A stretch of 64,000 nucleotides of DNA from the NCBI GenBank assembly GCA_963736115.1, contig CAVTNR010000014.1, forward strand, positions 64,001 to 128,000. Reading direction: 5' to 3'. Numbering within the stretch: the stretch's first letter is position 1; each line of letters begins with the position of its first letter. This document shows, in pieces, positions 38,901 through 46,230 of this stretch. Position numbers and translations under genes: made by a program. The DNA comes from an uncultured bacterium (GTDB taxonomy: Bacteria; Zhuqueibacterota; QNDG01; DTFT01). The notes under the pieces were generated by a model, which saw only the letters and a program-made list of their open reading frames with translations, searched no databases and had not been told where the DNA came from.

Positions 38901-39265
38901 TCCTCCCAAGCCGCATAAACGCCCCCGGATCCGTCCGCCGCGAGCGTGGCGTAACGCTGGTTTCCGGCCGCGCTGATCACGGCGACACCCGTGCCCCAGC
39001 GGAGCGCGCCGGAGGCGTCCAGCCAGTTTATATAGATATCCTTATCCACGGCGGGCCGCACTTCCCAGGCAAAAAATACGCCTCCATGACCGTCCGGAAC
39101 CGCCGCGACATGCGCTGTGGAAACGCCGGTTGAACCGAGAAATTGACCGTCTTCTGTCCATTGAGTTTGCGCCTGCAGAATACGGGGTGTTGACCAGGAG
39201 AGGATGAAGAGGACGAACAGTGTCCGATTGATCCCTCTGGATTGAAATTTTGTCACGGCTGTCAT
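32915..39265 (-). CDS. 2116-aa secreted surface protein: DGxGG beta-propeller, FN3/Ig-like domains, cadherin-like/He_PIG repeats, T9SS-type C-terminal domain
   Basis: Signal peptide; DGxGG…W.D.R…DIYAQR repeats; VND(A/P)P.ITS…YTA.A.DPEG repeats; NYPNPFNPQTTIRY…SGLYF. Confidence 0.9.
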   Translation of the reverse strand: MTAVTKFQSRGINRTLFVLFILSWSTPRILQAQTQWTEDGQFLGSTGVSTAHVAAVPDGHGGVFFAWEVRPAVDKDIYINWLDASGALRWGTGVAVISAAGNQRYATLAADGSGGVYAAWEDTLSGDLFIQRLDSSGAKLWGTDGISLCNKTGEQSQPRAESDGAGGVIVVWQDKRNGSSPDLYAQRMNASGVKQWDANDVAVCTAVNSQSSHSVTLDNAGGVMIVWQDNRQSLTNYDIYVQRINASGSAVFVSNGKVLCDAAGNQMTPRIALSGTRWVVCWDDSRGASSDIYTQAVDVSGGLGWTGNGVAVCAAVNAQYTSRITGDGLGGAVVTWCDNRTGYDIYAQRVSAAGAVQWTADGVVVNASAGLQYSPEAVPDGSQGAIVVWNDNETGSDIELFAQRINGNGARQWGDRGLPIVTRTGSQQNQTAVSDGSGGMITVWQDGRTAGKADVYGLLVNDVIAFTAPAAGERWRGDQAHTITWTNRFTSGLFHHLAVKASVTPGDNYPVTVNTNVSKSAVSLSWTPSTVNSENVRLKIQAVNDKGLVADEFLSPLFIIDSTPPAAFNLVSPADNASDDPTPTFTWQATSDNLSGGFHYELWVDSNLLLDNLTTTSSTLTEGQKLSNGLHTWTIKAVDVAGNVRTASQTWRINTSDDQSAPNAFSLTAPADNQWVVTANPVFQWQATTDVGIAGLGKYQLFVDNLLKLDNIPSGTTSTSSVALTMGTHTWYVNAVDNAGNVRKSTQTWTVKADSVKPAAFTLVSPANEAWTADTTPVLTWAASSDAGSGLAKHQLIVNGAVRVDNIPPSSTSVTLTDAQALAEGSYTWSVRAFDNAGNVRTSTAARIIGVDATKPTAPVPVSPANGNWVNQALPTFTWNAATDARSGIQSYQLYVDGSVQVSGITGTTATLTAPLADGSHTWFVRALDRAGNGENSAQWGFNSDATPPAPFTLIAPAAGSTVHTNKPSYRWHSTSDSRSQFWKFEFYLDGVLKVGFLGLTDTTLTLTDALANGTHNWKVLAYDVAGNVRTSAEWTFTVQISAPQITSPATASATEDAPFSYTATATDADGDVLTFQILNASPWLTSAGATVSGTPGEQDHSGSFTISVSDGIFTSTRNVTVTVQQVNDAPVITSPLGAIATEKVLFTYTATASDPENDPVTFEFRNLPAWLAVSGPNQVSGTPANGTPNGTFTLIASDGTLTDTKQVSVLVNQVNEAPVITSGATAAAIEHQTFTYTATAVDEDGDALTFSFQDYPAWMSFTGAVISGTPGEGAGGGHTFRINVTDGFVTSSKVVTVNVTPVNDPPVISSPATAAATEHQAFSYTAAATDPEGTAIVWDFVDHPAWLSHTGAVISGTPPEGVPASFTFKIVASDGALAAERTVTVNVTRVNDPPVISSPATAAATEHQAFSYTAAATDPEGTAIVWDFVDHPAWLSHTGAIISGTPPEGVPASFTFKIVASDGALASERTVTVNVTRVNDAPVITSPATAAATEHQAFSYTAAATDPEGTAIVWDFVDHPAWLSHAGAVISGTPPENGPVTFTFKIVASDGALAAERVVTVTVTAVNDPPVVTSAATAAATEHQAFSYTAAGTDPEGTAIAWDFTDHPAWLSHTGAVLSGTPPEGVPASFTFKIVASDGALSAERTVTVTVTLVNDAPVITSPATAAAVEHQIFSYTAAGTDPEGTSIVWDFVDHPAWLNHAGAVVSGTPPENGPVTFTFKIVASDGSLASERIVTVTVTPVNDPPVFACPDTVTAVEDVRFIYTARASDPEADTFRFTFHRLPSWLRASDSTATGMIPENAVDTCFVLAVTDSRNASDSMRVFIRVQPVNDPPRVTSPDTAEAFENQVFSYTATAFDVDGPHYSIRFTDVPAWLTASGPMLSGVPVNVPPTATFSVIVNDGSLSDTLLVTVLIRPVNDPPRFVMPFPDPSFGLSETLQWQLVLNDYITDPDDPDTSLFWTSRLLDSVRVGISIHQKTGTATFLGFNVDKNFRVLFTVRDRGGLTASDTLYIRILGTGVDAERIGAPPDRYTLYGNYPNPFNPQTTIRYGLPRPGPVRLRVLNLRGQVVATLVDGRQAAGVFEVAWRTDGEASGLYFAVIEAEGWKKVQRMMLVR
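34040..35360 (-). repeat. Five near-identical 264-bp (88-aa) intragenic repeats
   Basis: Anchor (G/A)AAATCCCAG at 34187, 34451, 34715, 34979 and 35243; ends approximate. Confidence 0.92.
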
Positions 39266-39324
39266 GGGCGTGAATCCCCTAATTGCATATTTTTCAATAA
39301 AGAGATTAATCCATATGATTTATA

Positions 39325-39340
39325 TGCAAATTGCATACCA
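39325..39340 (-). promoter_or_regulatory. sigma54 promoter of the large surface-protein gene
   Basis: Minus strand TGGTATGCAATTTGCA (GG-N10-GC), about 60 nt upstream of the ATG. Confidence 0.65.
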
Positions 39341-39476
39341 TATCCGTAACTCAATACGAATTAATGGATTGATACGCCTGAGTCCGGCTGGACAGGGATA
39401 ATTTGGTTGACTAAGTGCCTAAAATTGTTTATTTTTTCCTTTCATTCTTTTCTGAAAGATTAAAAAAATCAAAAAC

Positions 39477-41042
39477 ACGCAAAAAATCCGCGGTAAGATT
39501 CTCTGGGCCGACGATGAAATCGACATGCTGAAGCCCCATATTCTCTTTCTGGAAGAGAGGGGGTATGATGTCACGCCCGTCACCAATGCCGAGGATGCCC
39601 TGAGCCTCACCCGGCAGGAGCGGTTCGACATCATCCTGCTCGATGAAATGATGCCCGGCATGGACGGACTGCAGGCGCTCCGTCTGCTCAAGGAAAATGC
39701 GCCCTCCATCCCCGTGGTCATGATCACGAAGAGCGAGGAGGAGAACCTGATGAATGAGGCGATCGGCGGTCAGATTGAGGAATACCTGACCAAGCCGGTC
39801 AATCCCAGTCAGGTTTTCTCCTCTTGCATGAGGATTCTGGAGAAACAGAAGATATCCGGGGAGAAACTGACCCGGGATTACACGGCCGAATTCAGCGAAA
39901 TCGCCTCCCTTATGGACGGCCCGATTCCGGCCGAAGGCTGGATGAACATCCACCTGAAGCTGTGCGAACGTGAACTCGATCTGGACGAGCATCCCGACCT
40001 GGGGCTCCGCCAGACCCTGCAGGACCAGAGGCGTGAATGCAACGCCGCCTTCAGCCGTTTTGTAGAGGAGCAATATGCGTCCTGGGTGCGTTCGCAGCCG
40101 GACAACCGGCCGGTCCTTTCCTCGGACGTGATCCGCAAATCCGTCCTTCCTCTCCTTTCCGGAGATCGTCCAGTTCTCTTCGTGGTTGTGGACAACCTGC
40201 GGCTTGATCAGTGGCTGGCCATCGAACCCCTGATGTATCCTTTCTTCTCCATCCGCCGGGAACTGTACTTCTCGATACTGCCGACGGCGACGCCCTATTC
40301 GAGAAACAGCCTGTTCGCGGGCTGTTTTCCGGCCGAGATCGAAACCCGGTTTCCCGATTTCTGGCGGGACGGCGAGGACGATGAATCGAGCCGGAATCGG
40401 CACGAGCACCAGCTGCTTGATGCCCAGCTCGCCCGGCTGGGCGTCAAGCTTCGGCAGGAACTCCGCTACACCAAAATCATGGATTCCGAGGAAGCCTGGA
40501 ACACCGCGAAACACGCCCAGTCGCTTTTTAGCTCGCCCCTGACCGCGCTTGTGTTCAATTTTGTGGACCTGCTCGCGCACAAGCGGAGCGGCTCCGACAT
40601 CCTCAGGGAAATCGTTCCCGACGAATCGGCGTATCGCTCCCTGACGCGTACATGGTTCGAGCATTCGGCGCTCTTCCAGATTCTCCGGGCCGCGTCGGAA
40701 TCCGGGGTCCGTGTCGTCCTGACGTCGGACCATGGCTCGCTCAGGACCATGCGCGGCGCCACGGTTTATGCCGACAAGGAGACATCCACCAACGTGCGGT
40801 ACAAAATCGGGCGCGCCATCAAATGCGATCCGAAACAGGCCATTTCCCTGAAGGATCCCGGGAAATTCGGCCTTCCGGCCCGGGGCATCAGCGCCAATTA
40901 CCTGCTCGCCCGGGAGGACTACTACTTCGTTTATCCGACCAATTACCACAAGTACCTGTCGCTGTACCGCGACAGCTTCCAGCACGGAGGCGTGTCCCTC
41001 GAGGAAATGGTGCTTCCGCTGGTGACTCTGACGGAACGGTGA
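39477..41042 (+). CDS. porX: PorX-like response regulator (receiver plus PglZ/alkaline-phosphatase domain); start codon non-canonical and uncertain
   Basis: KILWADDEIDMLKPH…LLDEMMPG…MITKSEEE; LPTATPYSRNSLF, TSDHG, FQHGGVSLEEM; adjacent to tsaE. Confidence 0.88.
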   Translation, partial: TQKIRGKILWADDEIDMLKPHILFLEERGYDVTPVTNAEDALSLTRQERFDIILLDEMMPGMDGLQALRLLKENAPSIPVVMITKSEEENLMNEAIGGQIEEYLTKPVNPSQVFSSCMRILEKQKISGEKLTRDYTAEFSEIASLMDGPIPAEGWMNIHLKLCERELDLDEHPDLGLRQTLQDQRRECNAAFSRFVEEQYASWVRSQPDNRPVLSSDVIRKSVLPLLSGDRPVLFVVVDNLRLDQWLAIEPLMYPFFSIRRELYFSILPTATPYSRNSLFAGCFPAEIETRFPDFWRDGEDDESSRNRHEHQLLDAQLARLGVKLRQELRYTKIMDSEEAWNTAKHAQSLFSSPLTALVFNFVDLLAHKRSGSDILREIVPDESAYRSLTRTWFEHSALFQILRAASESGVRVVLTSDHGSLRTMRGATVYADKETSTNVRYKIGRAIKCDPKQAISLKDPGKFGLPARGISANYLLAREDYYFVYPTNYHKYLSLYRDSFQHGGVSLEEMVLPLVTLTER

Positions 41043-41046
41043 ACGG

Positions 41047-41508
41047 ATGGCCGGTCCGGAGCTGATTGGGTCGGAGAGCCGCGAGGATACGCTGAAAGCC
41101 GGGGAGGCGTTTTCGAAGCGGCTGGTTCCCGGCGATGTGGTCGCGCTGAACGGTGAGCTGGGCAGCGGAAAAACGGTGTTCATCCAGGGGGTGTGCGCCG
41201 GCCTGGGGGTTCGGGAAACCGTCACCAGTCCGACCTTCACCCTCCTTCAGGAATACACGGGTCGGCTCAGGGTTTTTCATTTCGATTTCTACCGGCTGGA
41301 ATCGGTTGAGGCTGTCGCGGCGCTCGATTTGACGGCCGCGTTCGAGGGCGGAGGGGTCTGTCTCATCGAGTGGGCCGAACGGGGCCGGCCGCTGCTTCCT
41401 TCGGACCGTTTCGAAGTGGAACTCGACCCCGTTTTCGAGAGCGGCCAGCCGTGCCCGGACAAGCGCCGTATCCGCATCCTTGCCCCTGCCGGCCGGGAGG
41501 CTGTCTGA
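41047..41508 (+). CDS. tsaE: tRNA t6A biosynthesis ATPase
   Basis: GELGSGKT, VTSPTFTL, HFDFYRL, IEWAE. Confidence 0.95.
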   Translation: MAGPELIGSESREDTLKAGEAFSKRLVPGDVVALNGELGSGKTVFIQGVCAGLGVRETVTSPTFTLLQEYTGRLRVFHFDFYRLESVEAVAALDLTAAFEGGGVCLIEWAERGRPLLPSDRFEVELDPVFESGQPCPDKRRIRILAPAGREAV

Positions 41509-42179
41509 CTGTCATTCTCGGCATCGAGACCGCCACGCCGGTCTGCTCGGTGGGGCTTGCCCGGAGCGAAGGACCGGCCGGTGAAATCAGCGTTGAAGCG
41601 GCGAACGCGGCCGCGGAACGCCTCCCGGACTGTGTGCGTTCGGTGCTGTCCGCGGCCGGCCTGACGCCCGCGTCCCTGGACGGGGTGGCGGTCTCCATCG
41701 GCCCCGGATCCTACACGGGTCTGCGCATCGGCCTGTCGTTCGCAAAAGGCATCTGTTTCGCGGCCGGCAAACCGATCGCCGCGGTGCCCACGATGGACGC
41801 CTGGGTTCGGATGGCGCCGGCGGTTCTGCCCACGGCCTGCGTGCTGATGCACAGCCGCAAAGGCGAGGTGTTCCGAGCCGTGTACCGGGCGGTCAGCGGC
41901 CGATGGGAGAGATTGGGCGGATTCGAAGCGGTTCCGGTCGAAGGCCTGGCCGGCGGGCTTCCCGCGGGGCCTGTGCTGTTTCTCGGCGACGGTAGCCGGA
42001 AACACCGCGAAGCCATTGAGGGAATGCTCCCGGACGCCCGGTTTCCGGAGGGCGTCGGTCCGAATCCCAGCGGCGTACAGGTCGCAGTGATCGGCGGGGA
42101 AATCCTGGCCGCCGGAGGCGCGGCGGACCCGGACACGCTTTCGCCGATGTACCTTCAGAACTTCCAGGGCATGCCGTGA
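41505..42179 (+). CDS. tsaB: tRNA t6A biosynthesis protein; probable CTG start
   Basis: ILGIETAT, GPGSYTGLRIG…AKGI; CTGA overlap with tsaE stop after GGGAGG. Confidence 0.9.
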   Translation: MTVILGIETATPVCSVGLARSEGPAGEISVEAANAAAERLPDCVRSVLSAAGLTPASLDGVAVSIGPGSYTGLRIGLSFAKGICFAAGKPIAAVPTMDAWVRMAPAVLPTACVLMHSRKGEVFRAVYRAVSGRWERLGGFEAVPVEGLAGGLPAGPVLFLGDGSRKHREAIEGMLPDARFPEGVGPNPSGVQVAVIGGEILAAGGAADPDTLSPMYLQNFQGMP

Positions 42180-42661
42180 ACGCGAGCGCCGCAACCGGGA
42201 TCATCCGCCGCATGATTCCGGATGATCTGGACCGTGTTCTGGAAATCGAGAATCTGAGTTTCAGCATGCCGTGGAGCCGGACGGGCTTCGAGGCGGAGCT
42301 CGCCAAGCCGTACGGAAGATCCCTGGTGTTCGCCGCGGACGACCGGGTGAACGGGTATCTGGTCGCGTGGCGCGTGGAGGAGGATCTGCACATCGCGAAC
42401 CTGGCCGTGCATCCGGAACATCGCAGGCAGGGTGTCGCCGAGATGCTGCTCCGGCACTGCCTGGAGGAGGACGCGGACGCGGCCTGGGCCGGCCTGGAAG
42501 TGAGGGTCTCCAACGCCGCCGCCCTGGCACTGTACCGGAAATTCGGTTTTTGTCCGACCCGTGTGCGCCGGGCGTACTATTCCGACAACCGGGAGGACGC
42601 GGTCATCATGACCAAGGACCTGACCCCCTCAATCACGAGGAATCCGAATGGCGTGGTTTAA
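42176..42661 (+). CDS. rimI: Ribosomal-protein N-acetyltransferase
   Basis: HIANLAVHP…RRQG, LEVRVSN, YY.DNREDA. Confidence 0.93.
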   Translation: MNASAATGIIRRMIPDDLDRVLEIENLSFSMPWSRTGFEAELAKPYGRSLVFAADDRVNGYLVAWRVEEDLHIANLAVHPEHRRQGVAEMLLRHCLEEDADAAWAGLEVRVSNAAALALYRKFGFCPTRVRRAYYSDNREDAVIMTKDLTPSITRNPNGVV

Positions 42662-43487
42662 GCGCATCAAACCCGGAATCCGGGTCCAGAACAAGATGGA
42701 GATGCCGGACGGGCTCTGGGTGAAATGCGACGGCTGCGACGAGGTGATCTACAAGAAACAGCTGGCCTCGAACAGCCATGTCTGCCCGAAATGCGATTTC
42801 CATTTCAGGATCGGGGACCGCGGCTATCTCGACCTGCTGCTGGATCCCGAATCCTTCGAGGAAACCGACGCGGACATGGAGTCCACGGATTTTCTCCACT
42901 ACCGGGATACGAAGCGCTACTCGGACCGCATCCGCGAGAATCAGCGGAAGACCGGCCTTCGGGACGCCATCCGGACCGGAACGGGCCGTCTCTGCGGGAA
43001 GCCGGTGGTGATCGGCGTGATGAATTTCGATTTCATCGGCGGCAGCATGGGTTCCGTGGTGGGGGAGAAGATCGCACGGGCGACCGACCTGGCGGCGGAA
43101 CGGAAATGCCCGTTGATCCTGGTGTGCGCCTCGGGCGGCGCCCGCATGCAGGAATCCATTCTGTCCCTCATGCAGATGGCGAAAACGTCCTCGCGCATCG
43201 CCCGGTTCTCGGACCAGGGCGGGCTGTACATCCCGGTGCTGACCAACCCGACGACCGCGGGCGTCGTCGCGAGTTTCGCGATGCTCGGCGACCTCAACAT
43301 CGCGGAGCCGGGCGCCCTGATCGGTTTCGCCGGGCCGCGCGTCATCAAGCAGACCATCGGCCAGGACCTGCCTCCCGGCTTCCAGCGCTCCCAGTTCCAG
43401 CTGGATCACGGTTTCGTGGACCTGATCGTGCACCGCAAGGAGATGCGATCCACGCTTGACCGGATTCTGCGTTTCTGCGTGGCGTGA
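42648..43487 (+). CDS. accD: Acetyl-CoA carboxylase carboxyltransferase beta subunit
   Basis: LWVKCDGC…CPKC, GGSMGSVVGEK, SGGARMQE, GFAGPRVI. Confidence 0.97.
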   Translation: MAWFKRIKPGIRVQNKMEMPDGLWVKCDGCDEVIYKKQLASNSHVCPKCDFHFRIGDRGYLDLLLDPESFEETDADMESTDFLHYRDTKRYSDRIRENQRKTGLRDAIRTGTGRLCGKPVVIGVMNFDFIGGSMGSVVGEKIARATDLAAERKCPLILVCASGGARMQESILSLMQMAKTSSRIARFSDQGGLYIPVLTNPTTAGVVASFAMLGDLNIAEPGALIGFAGPRVIKQTIGQDLPPGFQRSQFQLDHGFVDLIVHRKEMRSTLDRILRFCVA

Positions 43488-43645
43488 CGGACGGCTCGGG
43501 AGCGTCCGGCCGCCGGACGCCGGAACCGTCCGGCATCCTTCCGGACAGGCGGGCGGAACCAACCGTGGCAACCGGCGCAGGTTGACGCAGATGCGTCCCG
43601 ATTCCCATAAAAAAACGGGCGTCCCTCAGCCCGGATGAAAGGCAC

Positions 43646-44416
43646 ATGGCCCGAAAACCCATCATCCTCCTGACCAATGACGACGGCATCTCCGCGGCCG
43701 GCATATACGCGCTGCACCGGGAACTGAGCCGGATCGCGGATGTCTCGGTCATCGCGCCCTACACCGAGCAGTCCGCCGTGGGCCACGCCATCACCATCCA
43801 CGATCCTCTCAGAGTCTGGGAGTTCGAGAAGAACGGAAAGCTGTTCGGACACGCGGTCACCGGAACGCCCGCGGACTGCGTCAAGATCGGATACTGGGCG
43901 CTGATGCGGAAAAAGCCCGACCTCGTCGTCTCGGGCATCAATCTGGGACCCAACACCGGAATCAATACGATCTATTCGGGCACGGTTTCCGCGGCCACCG
44001 AGGGCTCTTTTCTCGGCGTGCCCTCCTTTGCCGTGTCCCTCGCCACGTACCGGGATCCGGATTTCCGGTACGCGGCGCGCTTCGCCGCCCGGCTGGCCGT
44101 CCGCCTGCACCGCGAGGGCCTGCCGCGCGGCATCTACCTCAACGTCAATGTTCCGAACCTCCCTGAAAAGGCGATCCGCGGCGTGCGGATCACGCGGCAG
44201 GGCCTCGCCCCGTGGCGCGAGGAGTTCGACCGGAGAACCGATCCCAGCGGCCGGACGTATTTCTGGCTCACCGGGCAGAAGATGAATCAGGAGAAAGAGC
44301 TGGACGTGGATGACGGGGCCGTGTCCGCCGGTTATGTGGCCGTTACCCCCGTGCATTACGATCTCACCCAGTATGGATTCATGGACCGTCTCAAGTCCTG
44401 GAAACTCGAAAAGTAG
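43646..44416 (+). CDS. surE: 5'/3'-nucleotidase
   Basis: [27 protein letters not shown]. Confidence 0.97.
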   Translation: MARKPIILLTNDDGISAAGIYALHRELSRIADVSVIAPYTEQSAVGHAITIHDPLRVWEFEKNGKLFGHAVTGTPADCVKIGYWALMRKKPDLVVSGINLGPNTGINTIYSGTVSAATEGSFLGVPSFAVSLATYRDPDFRYAARFAARLAVRLHREGLPRGIYLNVNVPNLPEKAIRGVRITRQGLAPWREEFDRRTDPSGRTYFWLTGQKMNQEKELDVDDGAVSAGYVAVTPVHYDLTQYGFMDRLKSWKLEK

Positions 44417-44427
44417 GAGGATGCCGC

Positions 44428-45960
44428 ATCGCGCCGGAAGAGAAAATTCTGATCCTGGATTTCGGCTCCCAGTACACCCAGCTCATCGCCCGACGGGTCC
44501 GCGAACAGAAGGTGTTCTGCGAAATCGCGCCGTTCAATATCCCGGCCGGAGAAATACGCGCCCAGTCGCCGAAAGGGATAATTCTGTCCGGGGGTCCGTC
44601 CTCCGTCTATGCCCCGGCCGCGCCCATCCCGGACCGGGATCTTTTCAGCCTGGGGATACCGGTGCTCGGCATCTGTTACGGCCTCCAACTGATGGCACAC
44701 CTGCTCGGCGGGCAGGTGGACCGTGCCGCACTGCGGGAATACGGACCCGCTGATTTTTCCGTGGACGACGACGCGGACCTTTTCGCCGGGCTCTCGCCCG
44801 GATTCGGGGTCTGGATGAGCCACGGCGACCACCTGGAGTCCATGCCCGCCGGGTTCGTCCGGCTCGGGCACACCGAAAACGCGGCGCTGGCCGCCATGGC
44901 GGACCGGTCCCGGAACCTGTACGGCGTCCAGTTCCACCCCGAAGTGGCGCATACGCCCAGGGGCGACGAGGTCCTGAGGAATTTTCTCGTCGCGGTCTGC
45001 GGCTGCCGCTGCGACTGGACGGCCGAGCACTTCGTCGAGTCGGCCGTTTCCGCGATACGCGGCCGCGTCGGCCGGGACCGGGTGCTGTGCGGACTGTCCG
45101 GAGGGGTGGATTCGGCCGTCACCGCGGCGTTGATCCACAGCGCCGTGGGAGACCAGCTGACCAGCGTGTTCGTGGACAACGGAATGCTCCGGAAAGGCGA
45201 ATGGGACGAGGTCCGGCGCGCGTTCCGGCATCTCAACCTCGTATCCGTGGACGCCTCCCGTGACTTTCTCTCGGACCTGGATGGAGTCACGGATCCCGAG
45301 GAGAAGCGCAAGCGGATCGGCAAGCGCTTCATCGACGTATTCGAGGCGGAAGCCGCGAAAATCGGGGGCGTGCGTTTTCTCGGACAGGGCACGCTTTATC
45401 CGGACGTCATCGAGAGCGTTTCGACCTGGGGGCCCTCGGCCAAGATCAAGTCGCACCACAATGTCGGGGGCCTTCCGGAGCGGATGGGGCTGAAACTGGT
45501 CGAGCCGCTCCGCGAGCTTTTCAAGGACGAGGTGCGGGCTGTCGGCCGCGTGCTCGGCCTGCCTTCCGAAATTCTCGACCGGCATCCGTTTCCCGGTCCC
45601 GGGCTGGCCGTCCGCGTCCTGGGGGAGGTGACCGAACCGAGGCTTGCCATCCTGAGGGAGGCGGACGCGATCTTTATCCATGAACTCCGGCGTTCCGGCT
45701 GGTACGACCGGGTCTGGCAGGCCTTCACCGTTCTTCTGCCGGTTCAGACCGTGGGCGTGATGGGCGATGAGCGCACATACGAGCACGTGGCGGCCCTGAG
45801 GGCCGTGACCAGCATCGACGGCATGACCGCGGACTGGGCGCGGCTTCCGGATGAGCTGACCGCCCGGGTTTCGAACCGGATCATCAACGAGGTCAAGGGC
45901 ATCAACCGCGTCGTAATGGACGTCAGCTCGAAACCCCCGGCGACGATTGAATGGGAGTAA
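44428..45960 (+). CDS. guaA: GMP synthase (glutamine-hydrolysing); probable ATC start
   Basis: [18 protein letters not shown] lies upstream of the ORF-track start; [26 protein letters not shown]. Confidence 0.96.
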   Translation: MAPEEKILILDFGSQYTQLIARRVREQKVFCEIAPFNIPAGEIRAQSPKGIILSGGPSSVYAPAAPIPDRDLFSLGIPVLGICYGLQLMAHLLGGQVDRAALREYGPADFSVDDDADLFAGLSPGFGVWMSHGDHLESMPAGFVRLGHTENAALAAMADRSRNLYGVQFHPEVAHTPRGDEVLRNFLVAVCGCRCDWTAEHFVESAVSAIRGRVGRDRVLCGLSGGVDSAVTAALIHSAVGDQLTSVFVDNGMLRKGEWDEVRRAFRHLNLVSVDASRDFLSDLDGVTDPEEKRKRIGKRFIDVFEAEAAKIGGVRFLGQGTLYPDVIESVSTWGPSAKIKSHHNVGGLPERMGLKLVEPLRELFKDEVRAVGRVLGLPSEILDRHPFPGPGLAVRVLGEVTEPRLAILREADAIFIHELRRSGWYDRVWQAFTVLLPVQTVGVMGDERTYEHVAALRAVTSIDGMTADWARLPDELTARVSNRIINEVKGINRVVMDVSSKPPATIEWE

Positions 45961-45965
45961 AAAAA

Positions 45966-46185
45966 AGTTCATAGTTCATGGTTCATAGTTCATAGTAAAT
46001 CAGTTCATAGTTGATAGTTCATTGTTCATAGAAAAAGAGGTTTTTCCGGCTTTACCTGTTTTGGATTTCAGGCTTCAGCCTTTCGTCCACGAAATGAAAC
46101 CTTGGAGAGTGAATTCCATGGTTTCAATTTTTGCCGTCACATCTTTTTCCTTGAACTATGAACTATGAACCATGAACTATGAACT
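45966..46185. repeat. Inverted heptamer-array element C
   Basis: GTTCATR array, AGAAAAAGAG, ~110-nt core with hairpins, YATGAAC array. Confidence 0.85.
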
Positions 46186-46230
46186 GTTGGTGAAGAAAAG
46201 AATCAGTCTTCCAAGAAAGGTATATCGAAA

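Noticed and set aside
39477-41042. PglZ domain as a BREX defence component
   Set aside because: It is fused to a receiver domain and followed by tsaE, which is the PorX architecture; no other brx genes
45961-46230. glmS ribozyme upstream of glmS
   Set aside because: No recognisable ribozyme core; the space is filled by the heptamer element
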